Part shown: in pieces, positions 46,338 to 56,594 of the stretch
Layout of the letters: each line of letters starts with the position of its first letter
How positions within the stretch are numbered: the stretch's first letter is position 1
Assembly: GCA_041650935.1 (NCBI GenBank)
Contig: JBAZKH010000007.1
Location: 41,471 to 105,470, forward strand
Direction of reading: 5' to 3'
DNA: 64,000 nucleotides
Source: Candidatus Omnitrophota bacterium
Lineage (GTDB): Bacteria; Omnitrophota; Gorgyraeia; 2-01-FULL-45-10
Program-made: the position numbers and the translations under genes
Notes under the pieces: model-generated
Databases searched by the model: none
The model's input: the letters and a program-made list of their open reading frames with translations, nothing else
Told to the model about the DNA's origin: nothing

Positions 46338-47180
46338 ATGCGCATCGGCGTCCATGTTTCCATAGCCGGACATATTTATGAGTCCCTTGATCGGGCTCGC
46401 GCCCTCGGCTGTAATACGATGCAGATATTCAGCCGCAATCCGAGGAGCTGGCAGGTCTCCGGGCTTGCCGGGGGCGATGTCGAAGAATTCAGGCGCCTCA
46501 AGGCCGAGTACGATATAGCGCCGGTAGTTATCCATATACCTTATCTGATAAATCTCGCGACACCCGACGACACGCTATACGAAAAATCGATAGATGCGTA
46601 TATAGAAGATATAAAACGCGCCGACCTTCTCAGCGCCGAATATTTTGTAACGCATCTTGGCAGCCACGTCGGCAGCGGCGAGGATAATGGTATCAGGAGA
46701 TTTTCGGATGCGCTCAAGATGATTATAAAACGCGCCGCATCCAGGGCCATGATACTTCTGGAGAATACCGCGGGCTCGGGCGACGGTATAGGGTACAAAT
46801 TCGAGCATTTGAAACGTATAATAGAGGACCAGGATAAGCCGTCCGGCATAGGCGTTTGCCTTGATACGGCGCACACGTTTGAAGCGGGCTATGACATCAA
46901 GAGTAAGGCTGGTCTGGAAAAGACATTAAAACAATTCGATAAATTAGTCGGTATCGACCGGATCAAGGTAGTCCATTTTAACGATTCCTTGTCGGCGTTC
47001 GGGTCTCACGTCGATAGGCACAACCATGTAGGGAAGGGCAGTCTGGGGATGGCGGCGATGAAGCGTATTATCAGCCATCCGGAGCTCAAAAACGCGGCTT
47101 TCATTATGGAAACACCCAAAGAGACAGAAGACGACGATAAAAAGAATCTTGCGGCGGCAAAGAAGCTGGCAGGGGTATAA
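46338..47180 (+). CDS. nfo: endonuclease IV (AP endonuclease family 2)
   Basis: MRIGVHVSIAGH start. TIM-barrel metal-binding motifs. Confidence 0.85.
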   Translation: MRIGVHVSIAGHIYESLDRARALGCNTMQIFSRNPRSWQVSGLAGGDVEEFRRLKAEYDIAPVVIHIPYLINLATPDDTLYEKSIDAYIEDIKRADLLSAEYFVTHLGSHVGSGEDNGIRRFSDALKMIIKRAASRAMILLENTAGSGDGIGYKFEHLKRIIEDQDKPSGIGVCLDTAHTFEAGYDIKSKAGLEKTLKQFDKLVGIDRIKVVHFNDSLSAFGSHVDRHNHVGKGSLGMAAMKRIISHPELKNAAFIMETPKETEDDDKKNLAAAKKLAGV

Positions 47181-47181
47181 G

Positions 47182-49716
47182 ATGACCGACGATATACGAA
47201 CGACGGACGACGAACGACTCTATCCGTTTGGCTCAATAGAGCCCAAATGGCAGAAGTACTGGCGTGATCACAGGCTCTTCAACTGCGATACCAAAAATAC
47301 CGCGAATAAATATTACTGCCTTATGATGTTCCCGTACCCGTCGGCGGCGCTGCATGTCGGGCACGGCAGGAATTACATTATAGGCGATGTCGTCGCCCGT
47401 TATAAGATGATGCGCGGATACAATGTCCTGGCGCCGATGGGGTTCGATTCATTCGGGCTTCCGGCGGAGAATGCCGCGATCAAGGGGGGCATCCATCCGA
47501 AAACGTCTACTCTCAATAATATAAGCACGATGAAACGCCAGCTGAACCAGTGGGGCGTAGAGTACGATTGGGAAAGAGAGGTCGTATCCTGCCTTCCCGA
47601 ATATTACAAATGGACCCAGTGGATATTCGTAAAGCTTTACGAAAAGGGCCTGGCGTACAAGAAGAAGGCCTTTGTGAACTGGTGCCCTTCCTGCAAGACG
47701 GTCCTTGCCAACGAACAGGTCGTAAACGGCGGGTGCGAACGCTGTTCCACCGAGGTTACTCAAAAAGAGCTCGAGCAGTGGTTCTTCAAAATAACCGATT
47801 ACGCCGAAAGGCTCTTGAAGGACCTGGGCAAACTTACCGAGTGGCCGGAACGTGTCAAGACGATGCAGGCCAACTGGATAGGCAGGTCCGAAGGCGTCGA
47901 AATAGACTTTAAGATCGACGCTCAGGCGGAGCGGCTCAAATGTTTTACCACGCGGGTCGATACTATTTACGGCGCCACATTCATAGCGCTTGCCCCCGAG
48001 CATCCTCTTGTCGAAAGGCTGTTGAAAGGGTGCGGGGATGAGCTGTCCGCGTTCAAGGCCGTGCGTAAGATGCGCGACGAGTCCAGGATAACGCGCTCTC
48101 AGACTGAAGTCGAAAAGGAGGGCGTATTTACCGGAAAGTATGTAATAAATCCGGTGAACGGACGGAAGATCCCGATATGGATCGCTAATTACATACTTAT
48201 GGAATACGGCACGGGCGCGATAATGGCGGTTCCAGCCCATGACCAGCGTGATTTTGATTTCGCGAAGCAATATAAGCTTCCCATCGAGGTAGTTATAGAT
48301 AACCCGGCGGCCTCACTTGACCCGGCCGCAATGAAAGAGGCCTATGTCGCGGAAGGCGTGATGGTCAATTCGGCGCAGTTTAACGGGCTTAAGTCGCAGG
48401 ATGCCATTAAGACTATAACCGGATTTTTCGAAGAGCGGAAGTTCGGTAAAAGGACGGTGCAGTATAAACTTAGGGATTGGCTCATCTCCAGACAGAGATA
48501 TTGGGGCGCTCCCATACCTGTGATCTATTGTCCTGAATGCGGCGCCGTAGCGGTGCCGGATAAAGAGCTTCCGGTCCTTTTGCCCGGGGATGTGGAATTC
48601 AGGCCGACCGGCGAATCGCCATTGAAGTTCGTTAAAAGTTTCGTGGATACCAGGTGTCCAAAATGCCATTCTCCCGCCCAGCGCGAAACGGATACGATGG
48701 ATACTTTTGTCGACTCGAGCTGGTATTTCCTGCGCTATATAACCCCGCGCACCGGCGATAAGCCTTTCGATCCGGAGCTTGTCAATAAGTGGCTGCCCGT
48801 GGACCAGTATATCGGCGGCATAGAACATGCGATCCTGCACCTTTTATACTCACGTTTTATAACCAAATTTTTGCGTGACATAGGTGTTATAAATTTCGAT
48901 GAACCATTCAAGAACCTTTTCACCCAGGGCATGATAATAAAAGACGGCGCGAAGATGTCGAAGTCCAAAGGGAATGTCGTTTCGCCCGACGCATTGATCG
49001 CCGCTTACGGCGCCGATACCATCAGGCTCTATACGCTCTTCATCGGCCCTCCGGAGAAAGACGCGGAATGGTCGGATCGCGGCGTAGAGGGAGCGTACCG
49101 CTTCCTGGGCAGAGTTTGGCGGTTGGTAGAGAAGGTCCATGGTGAAAAAAAAGTTATCCACAGCAGTAGGGCAGGTTTAAACCTGCCCTACAATGTGGAT
49201 AACTTGTCGTCAAAAGACAGTCAGGACTTGCGGCGCAAAACACACCAGACGATAAAGAAAGTTACCGAAGACCTCGACGGGGGATTTCATTTTAATACGG
49301 CGATAAGCGCGATAATGGAGCTTGTGAATCAGACGTATGATAGTGTAGTCCATGGTCCGCAGTCTGAGGATAATGTTGTCAATGAGGCGGTGGAAACTAT
49401 AGTAATACTGCTTTCTCCGTTCGTCCCCCACATAGCCGAGGAGATGTGGCAGCGGCTCGGTAAAGAGAGTACCATCTTTAAAAGCAAATGGCCCTCCTAC
49501 GATAAGGCCGCGATCGTCGAGAATGTGCTGACTATACCCGTCCAGGTGAACGGCAAGCTTCGCTCAAAAGTAGAGGTTCCTGCCGGGATAGATAATGACT
49601 CGCTCAAGGAGCGCGTCATGGCCGACCCGAAAGTGAAGAGCTGGACGGCCGGCAAGACGGTCAAAGATTTCATAATAATTCCCAAAAAACTGGTCAGTAT
49701 AGTGGTCTCCGGATAA
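47182..49716 (+). CDS. leuS: leucyl-tRNA synthetase
   Basis: HVGHGRNY (HIGH) and KMSKS motifs. Start at MTDDIRT. Confidence 0.95.
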   Translation: MTDDIRTTDDERLYPFGSIEPKWQKYWRDHRLFNCDTKNTANKYYCLMMFPYPSAALHVGHGRNYIIGDVVARYKMMRGYNVLAPMGFDSFGLPAENAAIKGGIHPKTSTLNNISTMKRQLNQWGVEYDWEREVVSCLPEYYKWTQWIFVKLYEKGLAYKKKAFVNWCPSCKTVLANEQVVNGGCERCSTEVTQKELEQWFFKITDYAERLLKDLGKLTEWPERVKTMQANWIGRSEGVEIDFKIDAQAERLKCFTTRVDTIYGATFIALAPEHPLVERLLKGCGDELSAFKAVRKMRDESRITRSQTEVEKEGVFTGKYVINPVNGRKIPIWIANYILMEYGTGAIMAVPAHDQRDFDFAKQYKLPIEVVIDNPAASLDPAAMKEAYVAEGVMVNSAQFNGLKSQDAIKTITGFFEERKFGKRTVQYKLRDWLISRQRYWGAPIPVIYCPECGAVAVPDKELPVLLPGDVEFRPTGESPLKFVKSFVDTRCPKCHSPAQRETDTMDTFVDSSWYFLRYITPRTGDKPFDPELVNKWLPVDQYIGGIEHAILHLLYSRFITKFLRDIGVINFDEPFKNLFTQGMIIKDGAKMSKSKGNVVSPDALIAAYGADTIRLYTLFIGPPEKDAEWSDRGVEGAYRFLGRVWRLVEKVHGEKKVIHSSRAGLNLPYNVDNLSSKDSQDLRRKTHQTIKKVTEDLDGGFHFNTAISAIMELVNQTYDSVVHGPQSEDNVVNEAVETIVILLSPFVPHIAEEMWQRLGKESTIFKSKWPSYDKAAIVENVLTIPVQVNGKLRSKVEVPAGIDNDSLKERVMADPKVKSWTAGKTVKDFIIIPKKLVSIVVSG

Positions 49717-49719
49717 ACG

Positions 49720-50088
49720 ATGAAACTAGAACGCCCCGAAAGGATCATATTGGTATTTCTCACCGGGGCGCTTATTTTAGGGATAACGGTCTCGGCCATC
49801 CGGAAGATTAAATCACCCGCCGCGGTAACGATCGAAAAATTCGATACCGAAAGTTACAAGGAACCTGCTGCCTCTATACCCGGCGCCCCGGTCGAAAAGA
49901 TAGACATAAATGTCGCCGGCCGGGAAGAATTCGAAAAGATAAAGGGTATAGGCAAGACGATTGCCGGCCGGATAGTGGAATACCGCTACCGGAACGGGCC
50001 GTTCGATTCGATCGACGAGCTGAAGAACGTGAAGGGCCTGGGCGCTGCGCTCTTCGAGAAGATAAAAGATAGAATAAAAGTTGAATAA
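49720..50088 (+). CDS. comEA: competence protein ComEA (HhH DNA-binding)
   Basis: IDINVAGREEFEKIKGIGKTIAGRIVEYR...LKNVKGLG. Confidence 0.75.
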   Translation: MKLERPERIILVFLTGALILGITVSAIRKIKSPAAVTIEKFDTESYKEPAASIPGAPVEKIDINVAGREEFEKIKGIGKTIAGRIVEYRYRNGPFDSIDELKNVKGLGAALFEKIKDRIKVE

Positions 50089-50092
50089 CAGC

Positions 50093-52585
50093 ATGAACCC
50101 TGAGCAAGGTCGAGGCATGAAGCGCCCCGCTCTATACATCCTCATCCCGTTTTGCCTGGGAATAGCGTTCGCGGGATTAGTTAAACCGCCGATACTTTTC
50201 GTTCTTCTTTCAGCCGCTATTTTTGTCATTGCCGCAATAATTTTTTCCGCGCGCAATACCATCTCGCATATAATGCTTTTTCTGGGAGTCTTTTTTACGG
50301 GCGCCAGCCTGTATCTGAATTCTAGTATCCTTCCGGCCGATCACATATCAAGATTTATCGCCGCCGGCGGTAAAAGTACCGTCGCTATAAAAGGTACGGT
50401 TGCAGACGACCCGATTACCGCCGTCACATCGTATAGGACGATTAAGACGAGCTTTACGCTTAAGGCGAGCGCTGTCAAATACATGCTTCCCGGGCAGGAT
50501 ATTTTTTCCGGGTGGCGTAATACCCGGGGGTTAGTGAAGGTCAGCCTCTTCTCGCGGAGCGCCCCCCGCGTCTTATTTGGCGATGAAGTTGTCGTCGAGG
50601 GTGAGCTTGCAAAGCCGTATAGCTTAAATAACCCCGGGCTATTTAGTTATGCCGGGTATCTTGAGTTAAAGGATATTTATTGCTGTTTTACGGTGAAAGA
50701 CGGGGACAGCCTTATTCCATCCCGGGGTGTAAAAATTTCCACCCCGGGGTGGAAATCAGCGGCATACAGGGTCCGGCGCGGCATCAGGGCTTCGATAGAC
50801 GAATATTTGGATATGCCCTATAGCGGTTTCCTGAAAGCCATACTTATAGGCGACAGGAGTACTTTAAAAGACAGGATACGCGATGACTTTGTCCATACCG
50901 GCACGGTCCACATACTGGCTATAAGCGGTCTCAATATCGGGTTGATAGCGGCCGTATTTATGACGGTATTCGCATTTTGCGGTGCGCCGAAGAAGATCAA
51001 CCTTGCCGTTACGATGCCACTCCTCATTTTATACTATTTTATCGGCGGTTCGAACCCGCCGATATTGAGGGCGGTCATAATGTTTGCCATTTGTGCCGTC
51101 GGATATATAATAAATAGGGATACAGATGTTTTGAATTCTCTCGCCATTGCTGCGCTCGCGATACTTTTATGGAACCCGAAAGAACTGTATGACCCCAGTT
51201 TCCAGTTGTCGTTTGCCTCTGTAGCAGGGATCTTGATATTCAGCTCCAGGATAGAGGCGGCGCTTCTTTCTGCCGTGCCGGAAGAAAGGCGGCGGAAGGG
51301 GTGGGGCAGGGTTTTAAGGTACATCGCCGCCGGCGTTGCGGTATCGGTTGCGGCGTGGCTGGGAACTTTCCCCATAATTGCCGCATATTTTAACATCGTC
51401 TCACCGGTCTCCGTTATCGCCAATCTGATAGTTGTCCCGGTCCTCTTTTTTCTTATGGCCTCAGCGTTCGTATTTCTCGCGCTATCTTTTACGTTTGCCT
51501 ATGCCGCCGCCGGCCTTGCGCACGTTTTGCAATTAACCGAGAAGATGCTCTTTGTCGTGAACGGATTTCTGGCTGCCGTGCCTTTCGCGTTCTTCCGGAC
51601 CGCCGCCCCGTCACCCGGATTTACGTTTTTATTTTACGGCGCGGTCTCTCTTCTGGTAATGCCCGCGTCTTTTACATTTAAAAACTTCAGGATAAAAAAG
51701 ACGCTTATCGTTATCATTATCCTCGCGCTATTTAACATTCAGGTATGGTCATCCGTCCTGTCCGGCAGGGCGGACGGCGCCCGGATAACATTTTTCGATG
51801 TCGGGCAGGGAGACGCCGCGTTTTTGGAGTTTCCCGACGGAAATATCCTTCTAGACGGCGGTTCGGGCGGCATCGATGAGAAGCTTGATATGGGCGAGTC
51901 CGTCATCGCGCCGTCTTTGTGGAACCGCGGAATAAAGCGGATCGATCTTTTGATGATTACGCATCTTCACGAGGATCATCTGGGAGGCATACTGTATATC
52001 CTGAAAAATTTTGCCGTAGGATGCGTGATCGATAATGGCGCATACGCGGACGCCGGAGGCGGCGTATATGAAGAATACCGGCGCATTATCAGGAAGAAAA
52101 ATATCCGCCGGATCGCGGCGCGGGAAGGGGATATCGTAAAAGCCTTTCAAGATGTCCGGGTATTTGTTTTAAACCCCGCGCGGAGCGATAAAATTTTGAC
52201 GGATTCCAACGACAACTCTCTTGTTCTCAAGATTGCATACCGGAATTATACTTTCCTTGTCTGCGGCGATATCAGGGAAAATGCGATATCGCGCCTCCTG
52301 CCGTATGGTAATTTTTTACGGTCCGATCTTTTGAAAGTACCTCACCATGGCGGCTTTTTGGGTAACGATAAGACCGTTGGAGAGTTCTTCCGGCTTGTCT
52401 GTCCGCGCATTTCCGTGATAAGTGTCGGAGCTTCGAATAAGTACGGCATGCCGTCGCGAAAGACTTTAAGGGCCATAGCCGATTCGAAGTCGGACATTTA
52501 TATGACAAAGGATAGCGGTGCCATAGAGATAAATGTTTCTTCCGGGCAAGAGAAAGTAAGGGAAGCAATTCTTAAGAAAAACTAG
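50093..52585 (+). CDS. comEC: ComEC/Rec2 DNA internalisation channel with a C-terminal metallo-beta-lactamase domain
   Basis: Polytopic Competence domain. HLHEDHLGG. Confidence 0.8.
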   Translation: MNPEQGRGMKRPALYILIPFCLGIAFAGLVKPPILFVLLSAAIFVIAAIIFSARNTISHIMLFLGVFFTGASLYLNSSILPADHISRFIAAGGKSTVAIKGTVADDPITAVTSYRTIKTSFTLKASAVKYMLPGQDIFSGWRNTRGLVKVSLFSRSAPRVLFGDEVVVEGELAKPYSLNNPGLFSYAGYLELKDIYCCFTVKDGDSLIPSRGVKISTPGWKSAAYRVRRGIRASIDEYLDMPYSGFLKAILIGDRSTLKDRIRDDFVHTGTVHILAISGLNIGLIAAVFMTVFAFCGAPKKINLAVTMPLLILYYFIGGSNPPILRAVIMFAICAVGYIINRDTDVLNSLAIAALAILLWNPKELYDPSFQLSFASVAGILIFSSRIEAALLSAVPEERRRKGWGRVLRYIAAGVAVSVAAWLGTFPIIAAYFNIVSPVSVIANLIVVPVLFFLMASAFVFLALSFTFAYAAAGLAHVLQLTEKMLFVVNGFLAAVPFAFFRTAAPSPGFTFLFYGAVSLLVMPASFTFKNFRIKKTLIVIIILALFNIQVWSSVLSGRADGARITFFDVGQGDAAFLEFPDGNILLDGGSGGIDEKLDMGESVIAPSLWNRGIKRIDLLMITHLHEDHLGGILYILKNFAVGCVIDNGAYADAGGGVYEEYRRIIRKKNIRRIAAREGDIVKAFQDVRVFVLNPARSDKILTDSNDNSLVLKIAYRNYTFLVCGDIRENAISRLLPYGNFLRSDLLKVPHHGGFLGNDKTVGEFFRLVCPRISVISVGASNKYGMPSRKTLRAIADSKSDIYMTKDSGAIEINVSSGQEKVREAILKKN
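50716..50754. repeat. tandem palindromes TTCCATCCCGGGGTGTAA + TTCCACCCCGGGGTGGAA inside comEC (in frame)
   Basis: Encodes IPSRGVKISTPGWKS in the ComEC linker. The second copy is identical to 25347-25364. Confidence 0.7.
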
Positions 52586-52602
52586 CTTTTTTATACTTTA
52601 CC

Positions 52603-52631
52603 TTGACAAAGAGAGCTTTATGTGGTATATT
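52603..52631 (+). promoter_or_regulatory. sigma70-like promoter (TTGACA n17 TATATT), with a second TTGACA promoter 30 nt downstream
   Basis: Consensus -35 and spacing. Confidence 0.45.
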
Positions 52632-52693
52632 TTTGACAACCGAAATCATATTTTTTTATAAACCTTTTTTATGTAAAAGGAGAACGCCCATAA

Positions 52694-53059
52694 ATGGAAA
52701 ATTATATGCCGGCGGATGATAAGAGAAGGTATAGAAGAGTAGGCACGAATTTAGCTGTGCAGTACAGGGATCTAAAGAAGACAGCAGAGCTTCCGAAGGG
52801 TTCGGTTCTTCGGAACATAAGTGAAGGCGGAGCCTGTTTTGTTTCCAAGGAATTCATGTCGCTGGCATGCCGTCTCATCGTAAACATTACCCTCCCCGAT
52901 AATCCCAAGCCTGTAAAAGCGATCTCGAAAGTAGCCTGGATCAGAAGGCTCCCGTCAGGCGACCAGTATGAGCTTGGCAATCAGTTTTTGGAGATTGCGA
53001 AAGAAGATAAAGTCCTGATATCGGATTTTGTCAAGAGTACTATGGCCTCCGATAGGTAG
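52694..53059 (+). CDS. PilZ-domain c-di-GMP-binding protein
   Basis: RRYRRV (RxxxR) and NISEGG (DxSxGG-type) motifs. Confidence 0.7.
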   Translation: MENYMPADDKRRYRRVGTNLAVQYRDLKKTAELPKGSVLRNISEGGACFVSKEFMSLACRLIVNITLPDNPKPVKAISKVAWIRRLPSGDQYELGNQFLEIAKEDKVLISDFVKSTMASDR

Positions 53060-53080
53060 CGCGCGTCAAGAGTTGTGGTA

Positions 53081-53110
53081 TTGACTAATTGCTTTCTTCC
53101 GTGGTATAAT
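53081..53110 (+). promoter_or_regulatory. sigma70-like promoter (TTGACT n18 TATAAT)
   Basis: Perfect -10 box. Confidence 0.4.
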
Positions 53111-53166
53111 TCTCTCCTGAAAATTTACACGCTATATATCCCAATTTATTTAAGAAAGACCGATAG

Positions 53167-55059
53167 ATGAAGAAGAGTGTGATTGCCAGAAATGTATTAA
53201 TTGCTGGCACTGCTTTATTATTTATATTTTCCGATATAGCCTCAGCTTACTGGGTCTGGACGCCCGGCACCAAAAAGTTTATAAATCCCAAATACGCCGT
53301 CAAAGATAGTCCGAAAGAACAATTCGAATGGGCGATGAGTTTCTATAGCGCCAAGGACTACCAGAGGGCATCCACCGAGTTCGAAAAGCTCACCAAACAG
53401 TATGAATATTCCGAATATGCATCCAAGGCTCAATATTATGTAGGGCTCTGTTATGAGAGTATGAATAAGCCGTATATCGCCTTCCAGAACTACCAGAAAG
53501 CGATAGACAATTTCCCGCATATCGAAAATATGGACGAGATAGTGGCCAGGGAATATAACATCGCCAATATGTTTGCGGTCAAAGAGAGCCCTAAAGTTCT
53601 CGGCACCGATATCATGACCTCGCTCGACCGCGCTATAGAAATATACAAGAAAGTGGTGGAAAACGCGCCCTACGGGAGGCTGGCGGACGAGGCCCAGTTC
53701 AAGATGGGACTGACCATGAAGCAGGCCGGCCGTTACGATGAGGCGATACAGGCGTTCCAGAAGATACTAGATGATTATCCGACTTCGTCTTTGGTCGATA
53801 AGGCAAAATTCGAAGTTGCCGATAGCGCTAATAAAGCGTCTTTGAAACCCGCATACGACGCAGAACCGACTTCCCGGGCAATCAGGGCATTCGAGGACTT
53901 CAGCCGCGAAAACAGGGACAGGTCGCTTACTCAAGAGGCCGAAAAGACGATACAGCGGTTGAGGGATAGGGCCGCGGAAAAATCGCTGCTCACGGCCCAG
54001 TTCTACGAAAAGATAGGCCGTTATCAGGCCGCTGTAATATATTATAAAGATATTATCGAGGCCTACCCTGACAGCTCTTTTGTGCCTATGGCAAGATCCA
54101 AGGTGGAGTCGTTGACGGCAAAGCTTGAAAGGCCGAAGAAACCGTTTATGGCGATGAATTTTACTAAACCCTCCGCCTCGCCTAAGGCGGCGCCGCAAGG
54201 TATTGAGACGCCTGAGCCTGTCGAGGCGCAGAAGAAGGGATGGAGACCGCTTAATTTTACCGGAACGCCGAAACAAAAAGAAGCCGTTGCGGAAACTCCG
54301 GCGGATCTTCAAGCCGCGAAGAAAAAAGGCTGGACGCCGTTTAGCTTTACCAAACCTGCGAAATCCAAAGAGAGTGTAACTACGGAGAAACTGCCGGAAG
54401 TTGATGCCTCAAGGAGAGGTGAGTGGAACCCGCTCGATCTATTCAGGCCTTCGAGGCGGCCGGCAAAGCCTAAAGAGGCCGTTGTGGAACCGGCGCCTGA
54501 GCCTCAAGCTGTAAAGAAGAGCTGGACGCCTCTTAATTTTGATAAACCGGAAAAGGGCGAGAAAGCTGTTACGGAAGTTTCACCCGAGCCTCAAGGCGCG
54601 AAGAAGAGTTGGGCGCCGCTCAATTTCACTAAAGCCTCAAAACCGAAACCGGCCGTGGAAGAGGCGGCAGCGCCAGGTGAAAAGAGCTGGCGGTGGAGGC
54701 CTTTCGATTTTACCAGGACCAGGAGGCCCGTTTCTATGGCGGCAGTTCCTGCGGAAAAAGAATCAGCAGCGCCGCCGGCTGCTGTTCAGAGCGAGGAACC
54801 GGCGAGCGCGCCGTCAAGCAAGGCGGAACCGGTAACGCCGGAGGAACCGAAAAAGGTCGAAGAACCGCCGGTAAGTACGGCCGGCCCTGCGGCGGCGACC
54901 GAGGAATCGAGCCAGATTACAGTTACGACCAACGAGGCCGAGGTGAAGACGCCCGAAAGCCGTGCTGTAGAATCCGGGTATATGAAAAAAGAATCTGCCC
55001 AGGAACCTGCGGCCAAGGAAGAAGATACCGAAGACCAGATCGAAAAGACGGAATACTAA
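53167..55059 (+). CDS. secreted TPR protein, BamD/YfiO-like, with a low-complexity C-terminal repeat tail
   Basis: Signal peptide and TPR region. About six KK(G/S)WxPLNF(T/D)KP repeats, then a Pro/Glu/Ala-rich tail. Confidence 0.5.
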   Translation: MKKSVIARNVLIAGTALLFIFSDIASAYWVWTPGTKKFINPKYAVKDSPKEQFEWAMSFYSAKDYQRASTEFEKLTKQYEYSEYASKAQYYVGLCYESMNKPYIAFQNYQKAIDNFPHIENMDEIVAREYNIANMFAVKESPKVLGTDIMTSLDRAIEIYKKVVENAPYGRLADEAQFKMGLTMKQAGRYDEAIQAFQKILDDYPTSSLVDKAKFEVADSANKASLKPAYDAEPTSRAIRAFEDFSRENRDRSLTQEAEKTIQRLRDRAAEKSLLTAQFYEKIGRYQAAVIYYKDIIEAYPDSSFVPMARSKVESLTAKLERPKKPFMAMNFTKPSASPKAAPQGIETPEPVEAQKKGWRPLNFTGTPKQKEAVAETPADLQAAKKKGWTPFSFTKPAKSKESVTTEKLPEVDASRRGEWNPLDLFRPSRRPAKPKEAVVEPAPEPQAVKKSWTPLNFDKPEKGEKAVTEVSPEPQGAKKSWAPLNFTKASKPKPAVEEAAAPGEKSWRWRPFDFTRTRRPVSMAAVPAEKESAAPPAAVQSEEPASAPSSKAEPVTPEEPKKVEEPPVSTAGPAAATEESSQITVTTNEAEVKTPESRAVESGYMKKESAQEPAAKEEDTEDQIEKTEY

Positions 55060-55077
55060 TATAAAGAGGTGCCCCTG

Positions 55078-55623
55078 ATGAAGATATCTATATGGAAATA
55101 TATTTGCCTGCCGGTATTTATCTTCATGATCGCAGGCTGCGGTTACACGACCCGCTCGCTTTTACCGTCGAATCTCAGGACGATCAAGGTGGAGAATTTC
55201 AAGAATGAGATCAGGGTTACCGCGGAGCAGTCGAATGTCAGGATGTATAGGGGGTATAGGCCCGGTATGGAGATAGAGATGACAAAATCCGTCATAAAAG
55301 AGTTCCTTCGCGATGGCTCTCTCAGGATAGCCGGGGAGTCCGGCGCCGACCTCATACTTAAAGCGAGCCTGATAGATTTTAAGAGAGACGCTCTTCGTTA
55401 TGACGCCAATGACAATATAGAAGAATACAGGATAAAACTCATAATCAATATGGAGCTTTTAAATACCAGGACAGGCAATGTCATGTGGAAGGAAAGAGGG
55501 TTTGCCGGCGAGACGACTTACAGAACAGGCGGGAACCTGGGAAAGAGCGAAGATACTGCCGTGAACGATGCCATTGCCGACCTGTCGCGCAGGATAGTAG
55601 AGCGGACCGTCGAGGCATGGTAA
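55078..55623 (+). CDS. LptE-like lipoprotein
   Basis: Lipobox IAGC. Gene order lptE-holA is conserved. Confidence 0.4.
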   Translation: MKISIWKYICLPVFIFMIAGCGYTTRSLLPSNLRTIKVENFKNEIRVTAEQSNVRMYRGYRPGMEIEMTKSVIKEFLRDGSLRIAGESGADLILKASLIDFKRDALRYDANDNIEEYRIKLIINMELLNTRTGNVMWKERGFAGETTYRTGGNLGKSEDTAVNDAIADLSRRIVERTVEAW

Positions 55624-56594
55624 ATTCTAAAAATTCGGTTTTTTTGTTCGCGGGCAGCGATAGTTATTCCAAAGAACAGGCGATAAAGAAGCTCGAGCTC
55701 ACTCTCCTGGATACCTCGGCGCGCGAGCTTGATTATAAGGTGTTTGACGGCGCCAGCGCTTCGGCGCGCGAAATCCTCGACCATATCTCCACCATTCCCT
55801 TCATGGCCCCCAGGCGGTTCGCGGTCATAAAGAATTTCGAAGAGCTTTCCGCCGAGGATAATAAACGCATTGCCAGCTATATAAAGTCACCCCTGAAAAG
55901 CGCATGTCTTGTCCTTGACTCCGCGGACGACTCTTTCATAAAGGATCATCCCGAATTGGCGCGGCATATTATGGTAAGCCGGTTCGGTTCGAATGTGAGC
56001 GATTTCCAGTTCCAGTCACGCGTAAAAGATATCTTATCGGCTGTTGGCGGCGGTAAGAATATAAGCGCGGATGCCGCCAGGGCGCTTAAAGAGCTGTGCG
56101 GCGGCGACATGGGTTCCGCGTCGCAGGAACTGCATAAACTTGCGTCTTTTGTGGGTTCGCGCGCCACGATCGAACTATCGGATGTAGAAGAGGCGGTAGG
56201 ACGGAACCTGACCGCGTCCGCATTCGACCTTACCGACGCGATCGAAGAAGGTAATTTGAAAAAAGCGCTTTTTATTATTTCAGAACTTATATTATTGGGC
56301 AAAAAACATTATGAGATAGTGGGTCTCTTATGCTGGCAGACGAAGAGGTTCTTCAAGGGAAGGGCTCTTCTGGAGCGGAGGATGGCGGATCCGCAGATTG
56401 CCGAAGCGCTTAAGATCGGCATGCGTTACCAGGCGAGGTTTTTTAAGCAGATAAAATCCTCGACCCTGTCTCAGATAGAGTCGAGGATGAAGGTCCTTTT
56501 GGATGCGGATATGGATATAAAGAGGACCAGGTACAATCCGGCGGTTGCGCTGGAATTTGCCGTTATAAAATTATGCCTTGGGGCCGCGCGGTAA
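55617..56594 (+). CDS. holA: DNA polymerase III delta subunit
   Basis: Start at MVNSKNSVFLFAGSDSY overlapping the previous stop. Delta-subunit length and pattern. Confidence 0.65.
   Translation: MVNSKNSVFLFAGSDSYSKEQAIKKLELTLLDTSARELDYKVFDGASASAREILDHISTIPFMAPRRFAVIKNFEELSAEDNKRIASYIKSPLKSACLVLDSADDSFIKDHPELARHIMVSRFGSNVSDFQFQSRVKDILSAVGGGKNISADAARALKELCGGDMGSASQELHKLASFVGSRATIELSDVEEAVGRNLTASAFDLTDAIEEGNLKKALFIISELILLGKKHYEIVGLLCWQTKRFFKGRALLERRMADPQIAEALKIGMRYQARFFKQIKSSTLSQIESRMKVLLDADMDIKRTRYNPAVALEFAVIKLCLGAAR

Noticed and set aside
47449-48270. 273-aa minus-strand ORF
   Set aside because: Antisense within leuS. Composition artefact.
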